Below are positions 32,048-41,841 of a DNA stretch of 64,000 nucleotides, piece by piece. Position 1 is the first letter of the stretch; every line of letters begins with the position of its first letter. The DNA is taken from positions 99,257 through 163,256 of the forward strand of contig CALRYC010000001.1 of the NCBI GenBank assembly GCA_943372295.1, given 5' to 3'. Under the pieces are notes generated by a model. The model ran no database searches, was not told where the DNA came from, and worked only from the letters and a program-made list of their open reading frames with translations. A program made the position numbers and the translations under genes. Origin of the DNA: Chitinophaga pinensis. GTDB taxonomy: Bacteria > Bacteroidota > Ignavibacteria > Kapaibacteriales > Kapaibacteriaceae.

Positions 32048-32973
32048 GGATGACCTCAAAGAACCACGAGGCGGTGATTGATGCTTCTGAGTCAGAGCAA
32101 GCGCCATCACGCGTGTCGATGTATTATGAGCTCACCAAGCCCGGAATCAGCAAAATGGTGATGATGACCACCCTTGCGGGATATCATCTTGCCTTGCCGT
32201 CCACGACATCGCTGTTCTCAACGACGCAGGCAGCGCCTCTGGCCGCTACGATGTTCGGCACGCTACTTATTAGCAGCGGCAGCTGTGTTGTTAACCACAT
32301 ACTTGAACGCGATATTGACGCGCGGATGAAGCGCACTGCAAAGCGCCCCATTCCATCAGGGGCGATCTCCATGCGCAGCGCATCCATCTTTGCTGCTATT
32401 CTGTCACTCGGTGGTGCCGCTCTGCTGCTGACCGTGAATGCCTTGACATTCTGGCTTGCCATTGCAACCTGGCTCAGTTATGTGATGATCTACACACCGA
32501 TGAAGACCCGTTCATCGCTGGCTGTCATAGTTGGCGGAGTACCCGGAGCTCTACCGTTTATGGGTGGGTGGACAGCTGTTACTGGTTCTGCCGACGCTAT
32601 GGCCTGGGTGCTGTTTGCCATTCTGTTTTTCTGGCAGCTGCCGCATTTCTATGCCTTGTCATGGATGTATCGTTCAGACTACCGCGAAGGCGGCATGGTT
32701 CTTCGTGCGATCTCTGATGATTCGGGCAAGACGCTTGCGGTGCAGATGACCCTGACCAGTGCTCTGCTGCTAGGTTGCGCTGTTCTCCCATCGGTCCTTG
32801 GCGTTACCGGCACGGTGTATCTCTTCGGCGTTTCGGTGCTCGGACTGTGGCTGACGGTTCAGAGCGCTGTTTTCTACAGGAATCCGGACGCGGCGACGGC
32901 GCGGAAGGTTCTTCTGACTTCGTACGCGGTTCTCATGGGAATCGTCGTGCTCATGTTTCTCGACAAACAATGA
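32044..32973 (+). CDS. ctaB: Protohaem IX farnesyltransferase (haem O synthase)
   Basis: UbiA-family motifs and ~9 TM helices. Overlaps the ctaA stop by 4 bp. Confidence 0.85.
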   Translation: MRMTSKNHEAVIDASESEQAPSRVSMYYELTKPGISKMVMMTTLAGYHLALPSTTSLFSTTQAAPLAATMFGTLLISSGSCVVNHILERDIDARMKRTAKRPIPSGAISMRSASIFAAILSLGGAALLLTVNALTFWLAIATWLSYVMIYTPMKTRSSLAVIVGGVPGALPFMGGWTAVTGSADAMAWVLFAILFFWQLPHFYALSWMYRSDYREGGMVLRAISDDSGKTLAVQMTLTSALLLGCAVLPSVLGVTGTVYLFGVSVLGLWLTVQSAVFYRNPDAATARKVLLTSYAVLMGIVVLMFLDKQ

Positions 32974-32994
32974 TCAATCACAACAGGTGGTAGC

Positions 32995-33594
32995 ATGTCT
33001 GCAGCACTGAATCTTTCTCACGAACCGGTCACCAAGATCGCCAATGGCAAGCTCGCCATGTGGGCATTTCTTGCATCGGAGCTCATGTTCTTTACGGGGT
33101 TCTTCGGAACCTTCATCGTGCTCCGCAATACGAATTACCAGGCCTTCTATGAGGCTTCGCATCACTTGAGTTGGCCACTGGCGCTGCTCAACACATTCAT
33201 TCTTATCGGCAGCTCTCTTACGATGGCCTTGGCCATTTACAATCTCGAGCGTAAGAACAACGGGATGTTTCAGACCTATCTGGGTCTTACGATTCTGGGT
33301 GCCTTCGGCTTTCTCATCGTCAAGTACTTTGAGTACGGGGCGAAGTGGCAGGACGGTTTGTTCCCTGGACAGGAGAACCACACGCTGTTCTACTCGTTCT
33401 ATTTCATCATGACCGGCTTCCACGCTCTGCACGTGATCGCAGGTATGATACCGATGGGCTTCATGCTCATGAAGTCTTTCACAAAGAACGGGTATCAGCA
33501 CCCAGTCAAAGTTGAGACGCTTGGTCTTTACTGGCACTTTGTCGATCTGATGTGGATCTTCATCTTTCCAGCCCTGTATCTCATCTTCCCGTAA
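32995..33594 (+). CDS. coxC: Cytochrome c oxidase subunit III
   Basis: Typical subunit III sequence (WAFLASELMFF...HALHV). Confidence 0.85.
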   Translation: MSAALNLSHEPVTKIANGKLAMWAFLASELMFFTGFFGTFIVLRNTNYQAFYEASHHLSWPLALLNTFILIGSSLTMALAIYNLERKNNGMFQTYLGLTILGAFGFLIVKYFEYGAKWQDGLFPGQENHTLFYSFYFIMTGFHALHVIAGMIPMGFMLMKSFTKNGYQHPVKVETLGLYWHFVDLMWIFIFPALYLIFP

Positions 33595-33636
33595 CATTCA
33601 CACGAAAATTTCACGACCGAAATCAGGAGCACGACA

Positions 33637-34011
33637 ATGGGTCACGATCACGGTAACGTTATTCCTGCCTACATGAGGGTGTTTTTCACGCTTTGCGTCA
33701 TGACGCTGCTGACTGTAGCTGCCGCCAAGCTGGTGCACTTTCCGGATGTCGGCTTCATCCATGGATATGTGATCAACATCACGGTTGGTCTTGCCATCGC
33801 CGTATTCAAGGTCATTTGCGTGATGTACATATTCATGCACCTGAAGTTTGACAACCCGTTCTTACGTTTCTTCGTTTACGTGCCGGTGTTTCTGTTCTTT
33901 GTGATGACATTTGGCTTGAATCTTGAGTTTGGCGCAGCGCCATCGAATGACCATGTTACCCGCACGGTGCACCAGCAGCTACATCCTGGCGAAAACCAGT
34001 CGGGTCACTGA
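33637..34011 (+). CDS. Prokaryotic cytochrome c oxidase subunit IV-family small membrane protein
   Basis: About 110 aa with 3 TM helices, in the conserved position after coxC. Confidence 0.6.
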   Translation: MGHDHGNVIPAYMRVFFTLCVMTLLTVAAAKLVHFPDVGFIHGYVINITVGLAIAVFKVICVMYIFMHLKFDNPFLRFFVYVPVFLFFVMTFGLNLEFGAAPSNDHVTRTVHQQLHPGENQSGH

Positions 34012-34029
34012 TCAAGTTCAACAGAATAC

Positions 34030-34608
34030 ATGCGACTATCAGGTATCATCGGGCTACTGTCCCTGCTTATCGCTCTGGCTGCGTGCCAGCCGAAGGCAGA
34101 ACTCGCCGTGCAGGCGAAAACCCCTTGGGACACGCTTCCGGTGTTACGGGGTGTTTCAGCGTTTTCCGGGCTAGACCAGGACAGTGCAATGTTCAGCGCT
34201 GGAGCCATGAGAGGCCATGCATGGATCGCATCGTTCTTCTTCACGAGATGCCAAACGGTGTGCCCTGCATTGAACAACGTCCTGGCTGGAATCAGGCGCG
34301 AGTTTGCTACAAAGGTGTCATTTGTCTCGTTGACGTCAGACCCCGAGAATGACGTTCCCAGTGTCATGCGGGCGTACGCGCATCAGTATGGTGCTCAGCG
34401 TGCAACGTGGGCTTTTGTCACGATGCCTATTGACTCCATGATTGCCGTGTCGAGTAACGACCTCGGTCTGATTTCTCCTTCCGAACCAGATCTGCATTCG
34501 ACGCGATTTGTGCTGATCGATACGGCCATGCAGGTGCGGGGATATTACGACAGCGCTGATCCTAAGGACGTCGCCAAGCTTCGGAACATTCTCAAGGCTC
34601 TTCCGTGA
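34030..34608 (+). CDS. SCO1/SenC copper chaperone
   Basis: Thioredoxin-like with a CQTVCP (CxxxC) motif and a downstream His. Confidence 0.8.
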   Translation: MRLSGIIGLLSLLIALAACQPKAELAVQAKTPWDTLPVLRGVSAFSGLDQDSAMFSAGAMRGHAWIASFFFTRCQTVCPALNNVLAGIRREFATKVSFVSLTSDPENDVPSVMRAYAHQYGAQRATWAFVTMPIDSMIAVSSNDLGLISPSEPDLHSTRFVLIDTAMQVRGYYDSADPKDVAKLRNILKALP

Positions 34609-35051
34609 ACCTCGACCAGCTTCCGGCGCTCAACGCCACGCTGAATGCGCTCTCCACCGTGCTCCTGCTCGTTGGGTATCGCCTTATACGTCAGCGCCGA
34701 ATCGAGCAACATCGCATGGTGATGATCACCGCCTTTGTTGTGTCGGTTGTTTTTCTCGGATGCTATCTCTTGCACAAGTGGCATCTATACACTTCCACCG
34801 GTTCTTACAACACGGTGTTTCCCGGTGATGGAATCTGGAGAGCGGTGTACTTGACGATTCTGATAACCCACGTTGCGCTTGCGGCCACGGTTCCAGTTCT
34901 CGCGATCATAACCATCCGCAGGGGGCTAGCCATGTCCGTTGAGGCGCACCGCCGCATCGCGCGGATCACCTTGCCGATCTGGCTTTATGTATCGGTCACG
35001 GGTGTGATCGTGTACTTCATGTTGTACCAATGGTTCGGACCGGCATCATGA
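34605..35051 (+). CDS. DUF420 membrane protein (associated with cox clusters)
   Basis: Four-TM topology in the position typical of DUF420 after sco. Its stop overlaps the next ATG. Confidence 0.65.
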   Translation: MNLDQLPALNATLNALSTVLLLVGYRLIRQRRIEQHRMVMITAFVVSVVFLGCYLLHKWHLYTSTGSYNTVFPGDGIWRAVYLTILITHVALAATVPVLAIITIRRGLAMSVEAHRRIARITLPIWLYVSVTGVIVYFMLYQWFGPAS

Positions 35052-35272
35052 ACAGGATGATCTTTCTTGTCCTCTTTGTTGTGGTCGCCGTGGACGCCAT
35101 AGCGTGTCCTGCATGCAAGGACAGCTTCACCAAGCACGGTAGCAATGCATCGGTAGGGGATGCGTACTCACTTTCGGTTGTCGTGATGCTCAGCGTACCG
35201 ATAGCCATCTTAACGATTGGCATTGTGTTGATCGCACGACGACTTCGACAACATCCAAATTCTGCTGTGTGA
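35048..35272 (+). CDS. Hypothetical small two-TM protein with a periplasmic CPAC motif
   Basis: MNRMIFLVLFVVVAV (TM1), CPACKDSF, then a C-terminal TM. An ATGA overlap with the DUF420 stop suggests translational coupling. Confidence 0.35.
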   Translation: MNRMIFLVLFVVVAVDAIACPACKDSFTKHGSNASVGDAYSLSVVVMLSVPIAILTIGIVLIARRLRQHPNSAV

Positions 35273-35348
35273 TTCATGTGGACAATCATGCGGCATAGGT
35301 TCACGCGGAACGGTATATTTGCACGACATTTTTTGCTGAGGGAAGCGA

Positions 35349-36107
35349 ATGTTTTCACGCAAGTTTGACATGGGGGTCAAAGTCGGAGGCGCTGTCGCAG
35401 GTGGCGTCGTTGGCGTACTATTCCTCCTGGGCTACTTCGGGTTTCGAAACGATTTTGCCGATGTCGGATATCGTCCCGAGCAGCCCGTGCCATTCTCCCA
35501 CAAGCTACACGCCGGACAGCTGCAGATTCACTGTCAGTACTGTCATGCAGGCGTAGAGAAGTCGGCGCACTCTCCGGTGCCAACGACGCAGACCTGTATG
35601 AACTGCCATACGGCGGTGAAGGCGGAGTCTCCAAAGCTTCAGCTTGTGCGTGACTCGTACGAGTCGGGCAATCCGATCTCGTGGGTCCGTATTCACAAGG
35701 TGCCCGACTACGCCCACTTTAATCATAGCCGACACATCCGTGCGCAGATCGATTGTAAGTCCTGCCACGGTCCGGTAGAAGAGATGGGCGTCGTCTCGCA
35801 GAACAAGCCCCTTAGTATGGGCTGGTGTCTCGATTGTCATCGTAATCCCGAGAAGAACATCGTCGGTGCGCGTCCGATCTCGGGCGTGTTTACAGGCAAG
35901 ATGCATGACATGAAGAACCTGCTCGACAGCACATACATCTTCACACCGATCAAGGCGCAGGTAGCCGACAGGTCTACACTCAAACCACTCACTGTTCCGC
36001 AGTATGGTGGCTACGATGTGCAGGTGCCACCTGTGGTGGTCGCTGGAATACCTCACCCAAAGGTCGCCGGTGTCGGCCCCGAGAATTGCTCGTCGTGTCA
36101 TTATTGA
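35349..36107 (+). CDS. actA: Alternative complex III subunit ActA (pentahaem cytochrome c)
   Basis: Five CxxCH motifs (CQYCH, CMNCH, CKSCH, CLDCH, CSSCH). N-terminal TM anchor. Confidence 0.8.
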   Translation: MFSRKFDMGVKVGGAVAGGVVGVLFLLGYFGFRNDFADVGYRPEQPVPFSHKLHAGQLQIHCQYCHAGVEKSAHSPVPTTQTCMNCHTAVKAESPKLQLVRDSYESGNPISWVRIHKVPDYAHFNHSRHIRAQIDCKSCHGPVEEMGVVSQNKPLSMGWCLDCHRNPEKNIVGARPISGVFTGKMHDMKNLLDSTYIFTPIKAQVADRSTLKPLTVPQYGGYDVQVPPVVVAGIPHPKVAGVGPENCSSCHY

Positions 36108-36149
36108 CCGACGGCTTAACCCTCAACGATTGAAACATCCCTTCAAGGT

Positions 36150-39125
36150 TTGCATATGTCCGACCGTCAACTCCATGCGTCAACCAATCCATTGTGGAAG
36201 AGCATAGACGAGCTCGCCGAAGGTCGTGGTGAGACTGCTGAGTTTGCACCAGGCACAACGACGTCGGCCCTTGCCGATTCGGGCGTCAGCCGTCGTAGTT
36301 TCATGGCTCTGGTATCTGCCTCGATGGCGCTCACAGCAGCTGCGTGTCGTCGACCTGAGCAGAAGCTGGTCCCATCGGTGAAGTCGCTCCAGAATGCCAC
36401 TCCGGGATTGCCGATCTATTTTGCATCGGTGTATTCTCATCGCAACGTTGCGTATGGTGCGGTTGTTAAGACCCGTGAAGGACGTCCGATCAAGGTCACG
36501 GGTAACTCCGCGCACCCGGGCCTTGTGCGCGGTGCGGCAAACGCTGAAATGCAGGCTTCTCTTCTTTCGCTCTATGACCCTGATCGCGTCCGCCGTCCCA
36601 AGGTGGGTGGTCAGCAATCGTCATTCGATGCAGCTGCGACCAAGATGGCAGGGGCCATCAGCGAGGCTGCAGCCGCTGGCAAGAAGGTTGCGATGTTCAT
36701 TGATGAGCATTGTTCGCCAACCTACACACAGCTTTTAAATGAGTTTATTGCTTCGGTTCCCAATGCCGTTGTCGTAACGCTACCGGCAGTTGTCCGCGAC
36801 GGTGCGGCTATAACAAACAAGGCCGTTTTCGGACGCGATGCACAGATCGTGCCGGACCTGTCGCAGGCATCGGTCATCGTAAGTGTCGACGCGGATTTCC
36901 TTGGTGCTGACACGCTGGCGCTGTATCACGCTACGCGTTTTGCCGGCAAGCGCACCCCATCGAAGGCCAATGCCGAGATGTCTCATCTGACGGTCGTTGA
37001 GTCACAGTACTCCAGCACCGGAATGAATGCCGATGTGCGGATTCGAACAGCCCCTTCGCAGATAGAAGCATTTCTGCAGGACCTGTATGCAGTTGTAGTC
37101 GGAGGCGCGACGTCATCGAATGCAGCCGTGAGCGCGGCTGCCAAGAGACTGAAGAATGCTACTGTGGGCACGGGAGTCGTTCTTGCCGGAGCGCATCTGT
37201 CGTCTCATGCCCACGGCCTTGCCCTTGCTATCAACGGCGCGCTTGGCAGTGTTGGTGCAGGTAAGATCGTTGATGCATCCCGCACGCTTCCGAACTCCGG
37301 CGAGAAGGGGGCTGCCATTGCCGACATTACCTCGCAGATGGAGTCTGGAGTTATCCATGCGGCAATCTTCCTTGATGTCAACCCTGAGTACTCCGCATCG
37401 CGCGCATTCAAGAATGCGATCCTTAAGAAGGTTGCCTTCCGCGGTACTATCAACTTGTACGATGACGAAACGTCGCAGATCTCCGATGCTTCGATTCCGG
37501 CCGCACATTGGCTTGAGTCCTGGGGCACGGCCGTTAGTCCGGACGGATACGTAAGTGTTCAGCAGCCAGTGATCGCACCACTGTGCGACGGTGTTCCGTC
37601 GTTGCAGGACACGCTGATAGCCATCGGTAAGAAGGTCAATGCGGGGTTCCTCGGTTCAACAGCCAGCTATGCCGATTACGTGAAGGGGGCTATGATGGCC
37701 GCCTATCCAACTATGAACTGGGTCGATACGCTCCAAATTGGAGTTGTGGCAGGTACGGGACGGATCGCTTCAGACGCTCCAATGAATGTCGACGCGATAT
37801 CGGGACTGGCCAAAGCATCGGTCGGCACGGGATGGGTCTTGATGACAGTGCCATCGAATGCACTGTATGACGGACGATTGGCAAACAATGGCTGGCTTCA
37901 GGAGCTTCCAGATCCGGTGACCAAGGTCACATGGGACAACGTAGCAATGATCAGTCCTGCCATGGCCGTAAAGCTTGGCCTTGCATCAAGTGCGGAAGAT
38001 CTCAAGGCACTGTCCAAAGCCAATGAGAATGTTGTTGCGATCACCACCAAAGAGGGAAGTGTTGAGCTTCCTGTGCTGGTGCAACCCGGCATGGCCGATG
38101 ACACAATCGTGACGCAGCTAGGATACGGACGCACTGCGTGTGGTACCATCGGTGTTGGTATTGGTGCTAACGCCTTCACCCTGGGTGCGTGTGGCTATCA
38201 CGCCGTCGAGAGTGTGACCGCCACCGGAGCACGTCATCGCATTGCAACGACGCAGAATCACCATTCGCTGGGCGAGACGCCGGGCGACACGCAGAACGAG
38301 CGGAACGTTGCTCAGAAACTTATGTTGAGCGACCTTGCCGCGGTAACATCACTCGAGCCCGACTACATCAAGGATGAGGCCGGTAAGCCCCTTTCAATAG
38401 TAGGCGAGTACGACTACAAGGGACATCGATGGGGCATGGTCATTGACATGAGCTCATGTACCGGATGTTCCTCATGCGTTATTGCCTGCCAGAGCGAGAA
38501 CAATATTCCGATTGTGGGCAAGGAGCAGGTCCTTCTCGGACGTGAGATGCACTGGATCCGCTTGGACCGGTATTATTCCGGTTCGCTGCAGGATCCGTCG
38601 TCGACGGTGATCGAACCGATGCTATGTCAGCACTGCGAAAACGCTCCGTGCGAGAACGTCTGTCCAGTTGCGGCCACGACTCATTCGCCGGAGGGTCTCA
38701 ACGAAATGACCTACAACCGTTGCGTCGGTACTCGCTATTGCCTGAACAACTGTCCATACAAAGTGCGTCGGTTCAACTTCCTTAACTACAAGGATGAGCG
38801 TCAACCGCTTGACCTGGTTTTCAACCCCGAAGTGTCGGGCCGTATGCGCGGCATCATGGAAAAGTGCACCTTCTGCGTGCAGCGTTTGCATGAGGCCAAG
38901 TGGCATGCGCGCGACGAGGGTAGAGCTCGTGTTAAGGACGGAGAAGCCATCACAGCTTGTCAGGAAGCGTGCCCGGCCGGTGCCATCATCTTTGGTGATG
39001 CCAATGACGCTGCCAGTCGCATCTCCGTTGCGCGCAAGAGCGAACGCAGCTTCCATGTTCTTGCCGAGACCAATACACGTCCGTCGGTGACCTACCTAGC
39101 CAAGGTCATCAACGATAGGGCGTAA
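36150..39125 (+). CDS. actB: ACIII subunit ActB (molybdopterin-oxidoreductase-like domain fused to a 4Fe-4S ferredoxin domain)
   Basis: Tat signal SRRSFMALV. Cysteine clusters CTGCSSCVIAC, CQHCENAPC, CVGTRYCLNNCP and CTFCVQRL. 991 aa. Confidence 0.85.
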   Translation: MHMSDRQLHASTNPLWKSIDELAEGRGETAEFAPGTTTSALADSGVSRRSFMALVSASMALTAAACRRPEQKLVPSVKSLQNATPGLPIYFASVYSHRNVAYGAVVKTREGRPIKVTGNSAHPGLVRGAANAEMQASLLSLYDPDRVRRPKVGGQQSSFDAAATKMAGAISEAAAAGKKVAMFIDEHCSPTYTQLLNEFIASVPNAVVVTLPAVVRDGAAITNKAVFGRDAQIVPDLSQASVIVSVDADFLGADTLALYHATRFAGKRTPSKANAEMSHLTVVESQYSSTGMNADVRIRTAPSQIEAFLQDLYAVVVGGATSSNAAVSAAAKRLKNATVGTGVVLAGAHLSSHAHGLALAINGALGSVGAGKIVDASRTLPNSGEKGAAIADITSQMESGVIHAAIFLDVNPEYSASRAFKNAILKKVAFRGTINLYDDETSQISDASIPAAHWLESWGTAVSPDGYVSVQQPVIAPLCDGVPSLQDTLIAIGKKVNAGFLGSTASYADYVKGAMMAAYPTMNWVDTLQIGVVAGTGRIASDAPMNVDAISGLAKASVGTGWVLMTVPSNALYDGRLANNGWLQELPDPVTKVTWDNVAMISPAMAVKLGLASSAEDLKALSKANENVVAITTKEGSVELPVLVQPGMADDTIVTQLGYGRTACGTIGVGIGANAFTLGACGYHAVESVTATGARHRIATTQNHHSLGETPGDTQNERNVAQKLMLSDLAAVTSLEPDYIKDEAGKPLSIVGEYDYKGHRWGMVIDMSSCTGCSSCVIACQSENNIPIVGKEQVLLGREMHWIRLDRYYSGSLQDPSSTVIEPMLCQHCENAPCENVCPVAATTHSPEGLNEMTYNRCVGTRYCLNNCPYKVRRFNFLNYKDERQPLDLVFNPEVSGRMRGIMEKCTFCVQRLHEAKWHARDEGRARVKDGEAITACQEACPAGAIIFGDANDAASRISVARKSERSFHVLAETNTRPSVTYLAKVINDRA

Positions 39126-39175
39126 CGCCTTTCTGCATTTTGATTCACAGAACGATTCACTGACGGGAACCAATC

Positions 39176-40597
39176 ATGACGGTGGTCCAGGAACAAGAGA
39201 GATTGCAGGCCATGGCGCACGGCGACGAGCCGGTGCGCGAAGACCTCGTCCTCGGTAATCCAACGATGCGTGACGTCACGGCACGCATCGCCAGCATCGT
39301 GGAATCGAAGATCACGATGAAGTACCTCGCCACGCTCAGCGTGACCGGAGCCATGGCCGCGTGGGGCCTCTTCGCGCTGTACTACACGATCACGACCGGT
39401 ATCGGCGTATGGGGTCTGAACAATCCGATCGGTTGGGGATGGGACATCACCAACTTCGTGTTCTGGATCGGTATCGGTCACGCCGGCACGCTGATCTCTG
39501 CCATTTTGTTCTTGTTCCGTCAGAAGTGGCGCACGGCCATTAACCGCTCGGCCGAGGCCATGACGATCTTCGCGGTGATTTGCGCGCTTACGATGGTGCT
39601 AAGTCACACTGGACGTCCCTGGTTGTTCTATTGGCTTTTGCCGTACCCGAATCAGATGGCCATGTGGGTGAATTTCCGATCGCCGTTGATGTGGGACGTT
39701 TTTGCTGTGAACACGTATTTCACCGTTTCGGCGCTGTTCTGGTTTGTAGGTCTCATACCCGACCTTGCCACGCTGCGGAACTACGTCAAGAGCCCGATCG
39801 CTAAGAAGGTCTACGGCGTGCTCTCCCTTGGATGGACGGGTTCGACGCGAAGCTGGCACCACTATGAGATCGCTTACTTGATCCTGGCCGGTATCTCTAC
39901 GCCTCTTGTACTGTCGGTGCACTCGGTAGTGTCGTTTGACTTTACCGTGGGCATTCTTCCGGGATGGCACACAACAATCTTCCCACCATACTTCGTTGCC
40001 GGGGCCATTTTCTCTGGCTTTGCCATGGTGATGACGCTTCTTGTGATCACCCGCGAGATTCTCGACCTCAAGCAGTTCATCACGCTGAAGCATTTTGAGA
40101 ACATGAACAAGATCATGCTGGCTACCGGCATGATGGTTGGCTACGCATACATTCTCGAATTTTTCATCGCATGGTACTCCGGCAGCGACTGGGAGCGCTG
40201 GATCTTCATTAACCGTGCATTCGGCGACTATGCATGGGCATACTGGACGATGTTCATCTGCAACGTGGTTTCACCGCAGGTCTTTTGGTTTAAGAGTGCT
40301 CGCCGGAATATTCCGCTGATGTTCGTGATCTCAATCTTCATCAATATCGGCATGTGGTTTGAGCGATTCACCATCATTGCTACGACGCTTCATCACGACT
40401 TTCTGCCGGCATCGTGGGGATATTACACGCCAACGTGGGTTGAGATTTCGATCTTCATCGGAACCTTCGGCATCTTCCTTTCGCTGTTCTTGCTGTTTGC
40501 GAAGTTCGTTCCCGTGATCGCTATTGCCGAGATCAAGAGCATCATGCCCGGCGCGCAGCCGACGCATCATCATGACCATCATGGTGACGCCCACTGA
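39176..40597 (+). CDS. actC: ACIII subunit ActC (NrfD/PsrC-like polytopic membrane protein)
   Basis: NrfD-family topology. 473 aa. Confidence 0.85.
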   Translation: MTVVQEQERLQAMAHGDEPVREDLVLGNPTMRDVTARIASIVESKITMKYLATLSVTGAMAAWGLFALYYTITTGIGVWGLNNPIGWGWDITNFVFWIGIGHAGTLISAILFLFRQKWRTAINRSAEAMTIFAVICALTMVLSHTGRPWLFYWLLPYPNQMAMWVNFRSPLMWDVFAVNTYFTVSALFWFVGLIPDLATLRNYVKSPIAKKVYGVLSLGWTGSTRSWHHYEIAYLILAGISTPLVLSVHSVVSFDFTVGILPGWHTTIFPPYFVAGAIFSGFAMVMTLLVITREILDLKQFITLKHFENMNKIMLATGMMVGYAYILEFFIAWYSGSDWERWIFINRAFGDYAWAYWTMFICNVVSPQVFWFKSARRNIPLMFVISIFINIGMWFERFTIIATTLHHDFLPASWGYYTPTWVEISIFIGTFGIFLSLFLLFAKFVPVIAIAEIKSIMPGAQPTHHHDHHGDAH

Positions 40598-40633
40598 TTT
40601 TGAACCACCTGCACTGAAGAACGAAGGTCACTT

Positions 40634-41176
40634 ATGAGTACGAAACCCGTTGGCGTCATTGGCGAGATCACGGACGTGAATCTCACAATGAAGATCGCCG
40701 AAAAGCTGCGCGACGCAGGTTTTCGCAACTGGGATATTCACACGCCGTATCCAGTTCATGGTCTGGACAAGGCCATGGGAATCAAGCGTTCCATCCTGAC
40801 GTACATCTCCTTTGCTGGTCTGCTAGGGGGCTTGACGTCCGCTGTAGGCTTACAGTTTTGGACTGGAGCCGTTGATTACAAGCTGAACATTGGTGGCAAG
40901 GGCTTCTTCGATTGGCAGTTCTCGATTCCGATCGATTTCGAGCTCTCGATCCTGGGCACGGCCATCTTTACCGTAATGGGACTGTTCCACCTATGTCGAA
41001 TTCCGACCTGGTATAACAAGTATCAGGACGATGAATCCTTCAAAAAGGCCACCGACGATGTGTTCGTGGTTACGATCGACGCCGATGACGACCGATTCTC
41101 GGCCACAGAGACGGCATCGATGCTGACGAAGCTCGGTGTGGGGAATGTGCACCTCGTGCACGCGACGGCCAACTGA
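40634..41176 (+). CDS. actD: ACIII subunit ActD (DUF3341)
   Basis: Size and two-TM topology in the conserved cluster position. Confidence 0.7.
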   Translation: MSTKPVGVIGEITDVNLTMKIAEKLRDAGFRNWDIHTPYPVHGLDKAMGIKRSILTYISFAGLLGGLTSAVGLQFWTGAVDYKLNIGGKGFFDWQFSIPIDFELSILGTAIFTVMGLFHLCRIPTWYNKYQDDESFKKATDDVFVVTIDADDDRFSATETASMLTKLGVGNVHLVHATAN

Positions 41177-41201
41177 TGTTGAATTTCACGACTAACAACG
41201 C

Positions 41202-41822
41202 ATGAAACTCCGCTTCTCGCAAATTCTTCAGCTGGCCGCCGGTCTCGGCGTTGTCGTGCTGCTCGTCATGCTCTTTACGGGGCAGAAGACGTGGTTCTCC
41301 ACCGAGCCCCCTGTGGAGATTCAACCCAATCTCGATCATCAGTTCCGCGCCATTCCTCAGTCGCCGAACACCTTCTTTGCCGACGGCAAGAGCCTGCGTG
41401 AGCCAGTTGAAGGATCTATCGCGCGCGGCGCGCAGCCCTATCAGCTTGGCCCTGGTGACATAGACGCGGCGGAAACGGCTAACGTCGATCCGAATCTGCC
41501 AATGACCGAGTTCGTTCTCGCTCGTGGTCAGAATAGGTTCAACACGTTCTGCTCACCGTGTCACTACTACAACGGTAAGAGTGAGAACTCCACAGTCTCC
41601 AAGCGCGGATGGGCTGGTATACCAGACCTTACGCGCCCGGAAACTGCGGCACTGTCGAACGCGCGTATCTTTCACATCATCAGCGCAGGACAGAACTTGA
41701 TGCCAAGCTATGCCGACAAGATCGATCCAATTGATCGCTGGGCAATCATTCGGTACCTGCGCACGCTTCAGGGCGTGGAGGGTGTAGCCAGTAACGCTGT
41801 CGCTTCGACGGCCACGAACTGA
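41202..41822 (+). CDS. actE: ACIII subunit ActE (monohaem cytochrome c)
   Basis: A single CSPCH motif. N-terminal anchor. Confidence 0.75.
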   Translation: MKLRFSQILQLAAGLGVVVLLVMLFTGQKTWFSTEPPVEIQPNLDHQFRAIPQSPNTFFADGKSLREPVEGSIARGAQPYQLGPGDIDAAETANVDPNLPMTEFVLARGQNRFNTFCSPCHYYNGKSENSTVSKRGWAGIPDLTRPETAALSNARIFHIISAGQNLMPSYADKIDPIDRWAIIRYLRTLQGVEGVASNAVASTATN

Positions 41823-41841
41823 GGAAGGGGAGCACACACAC

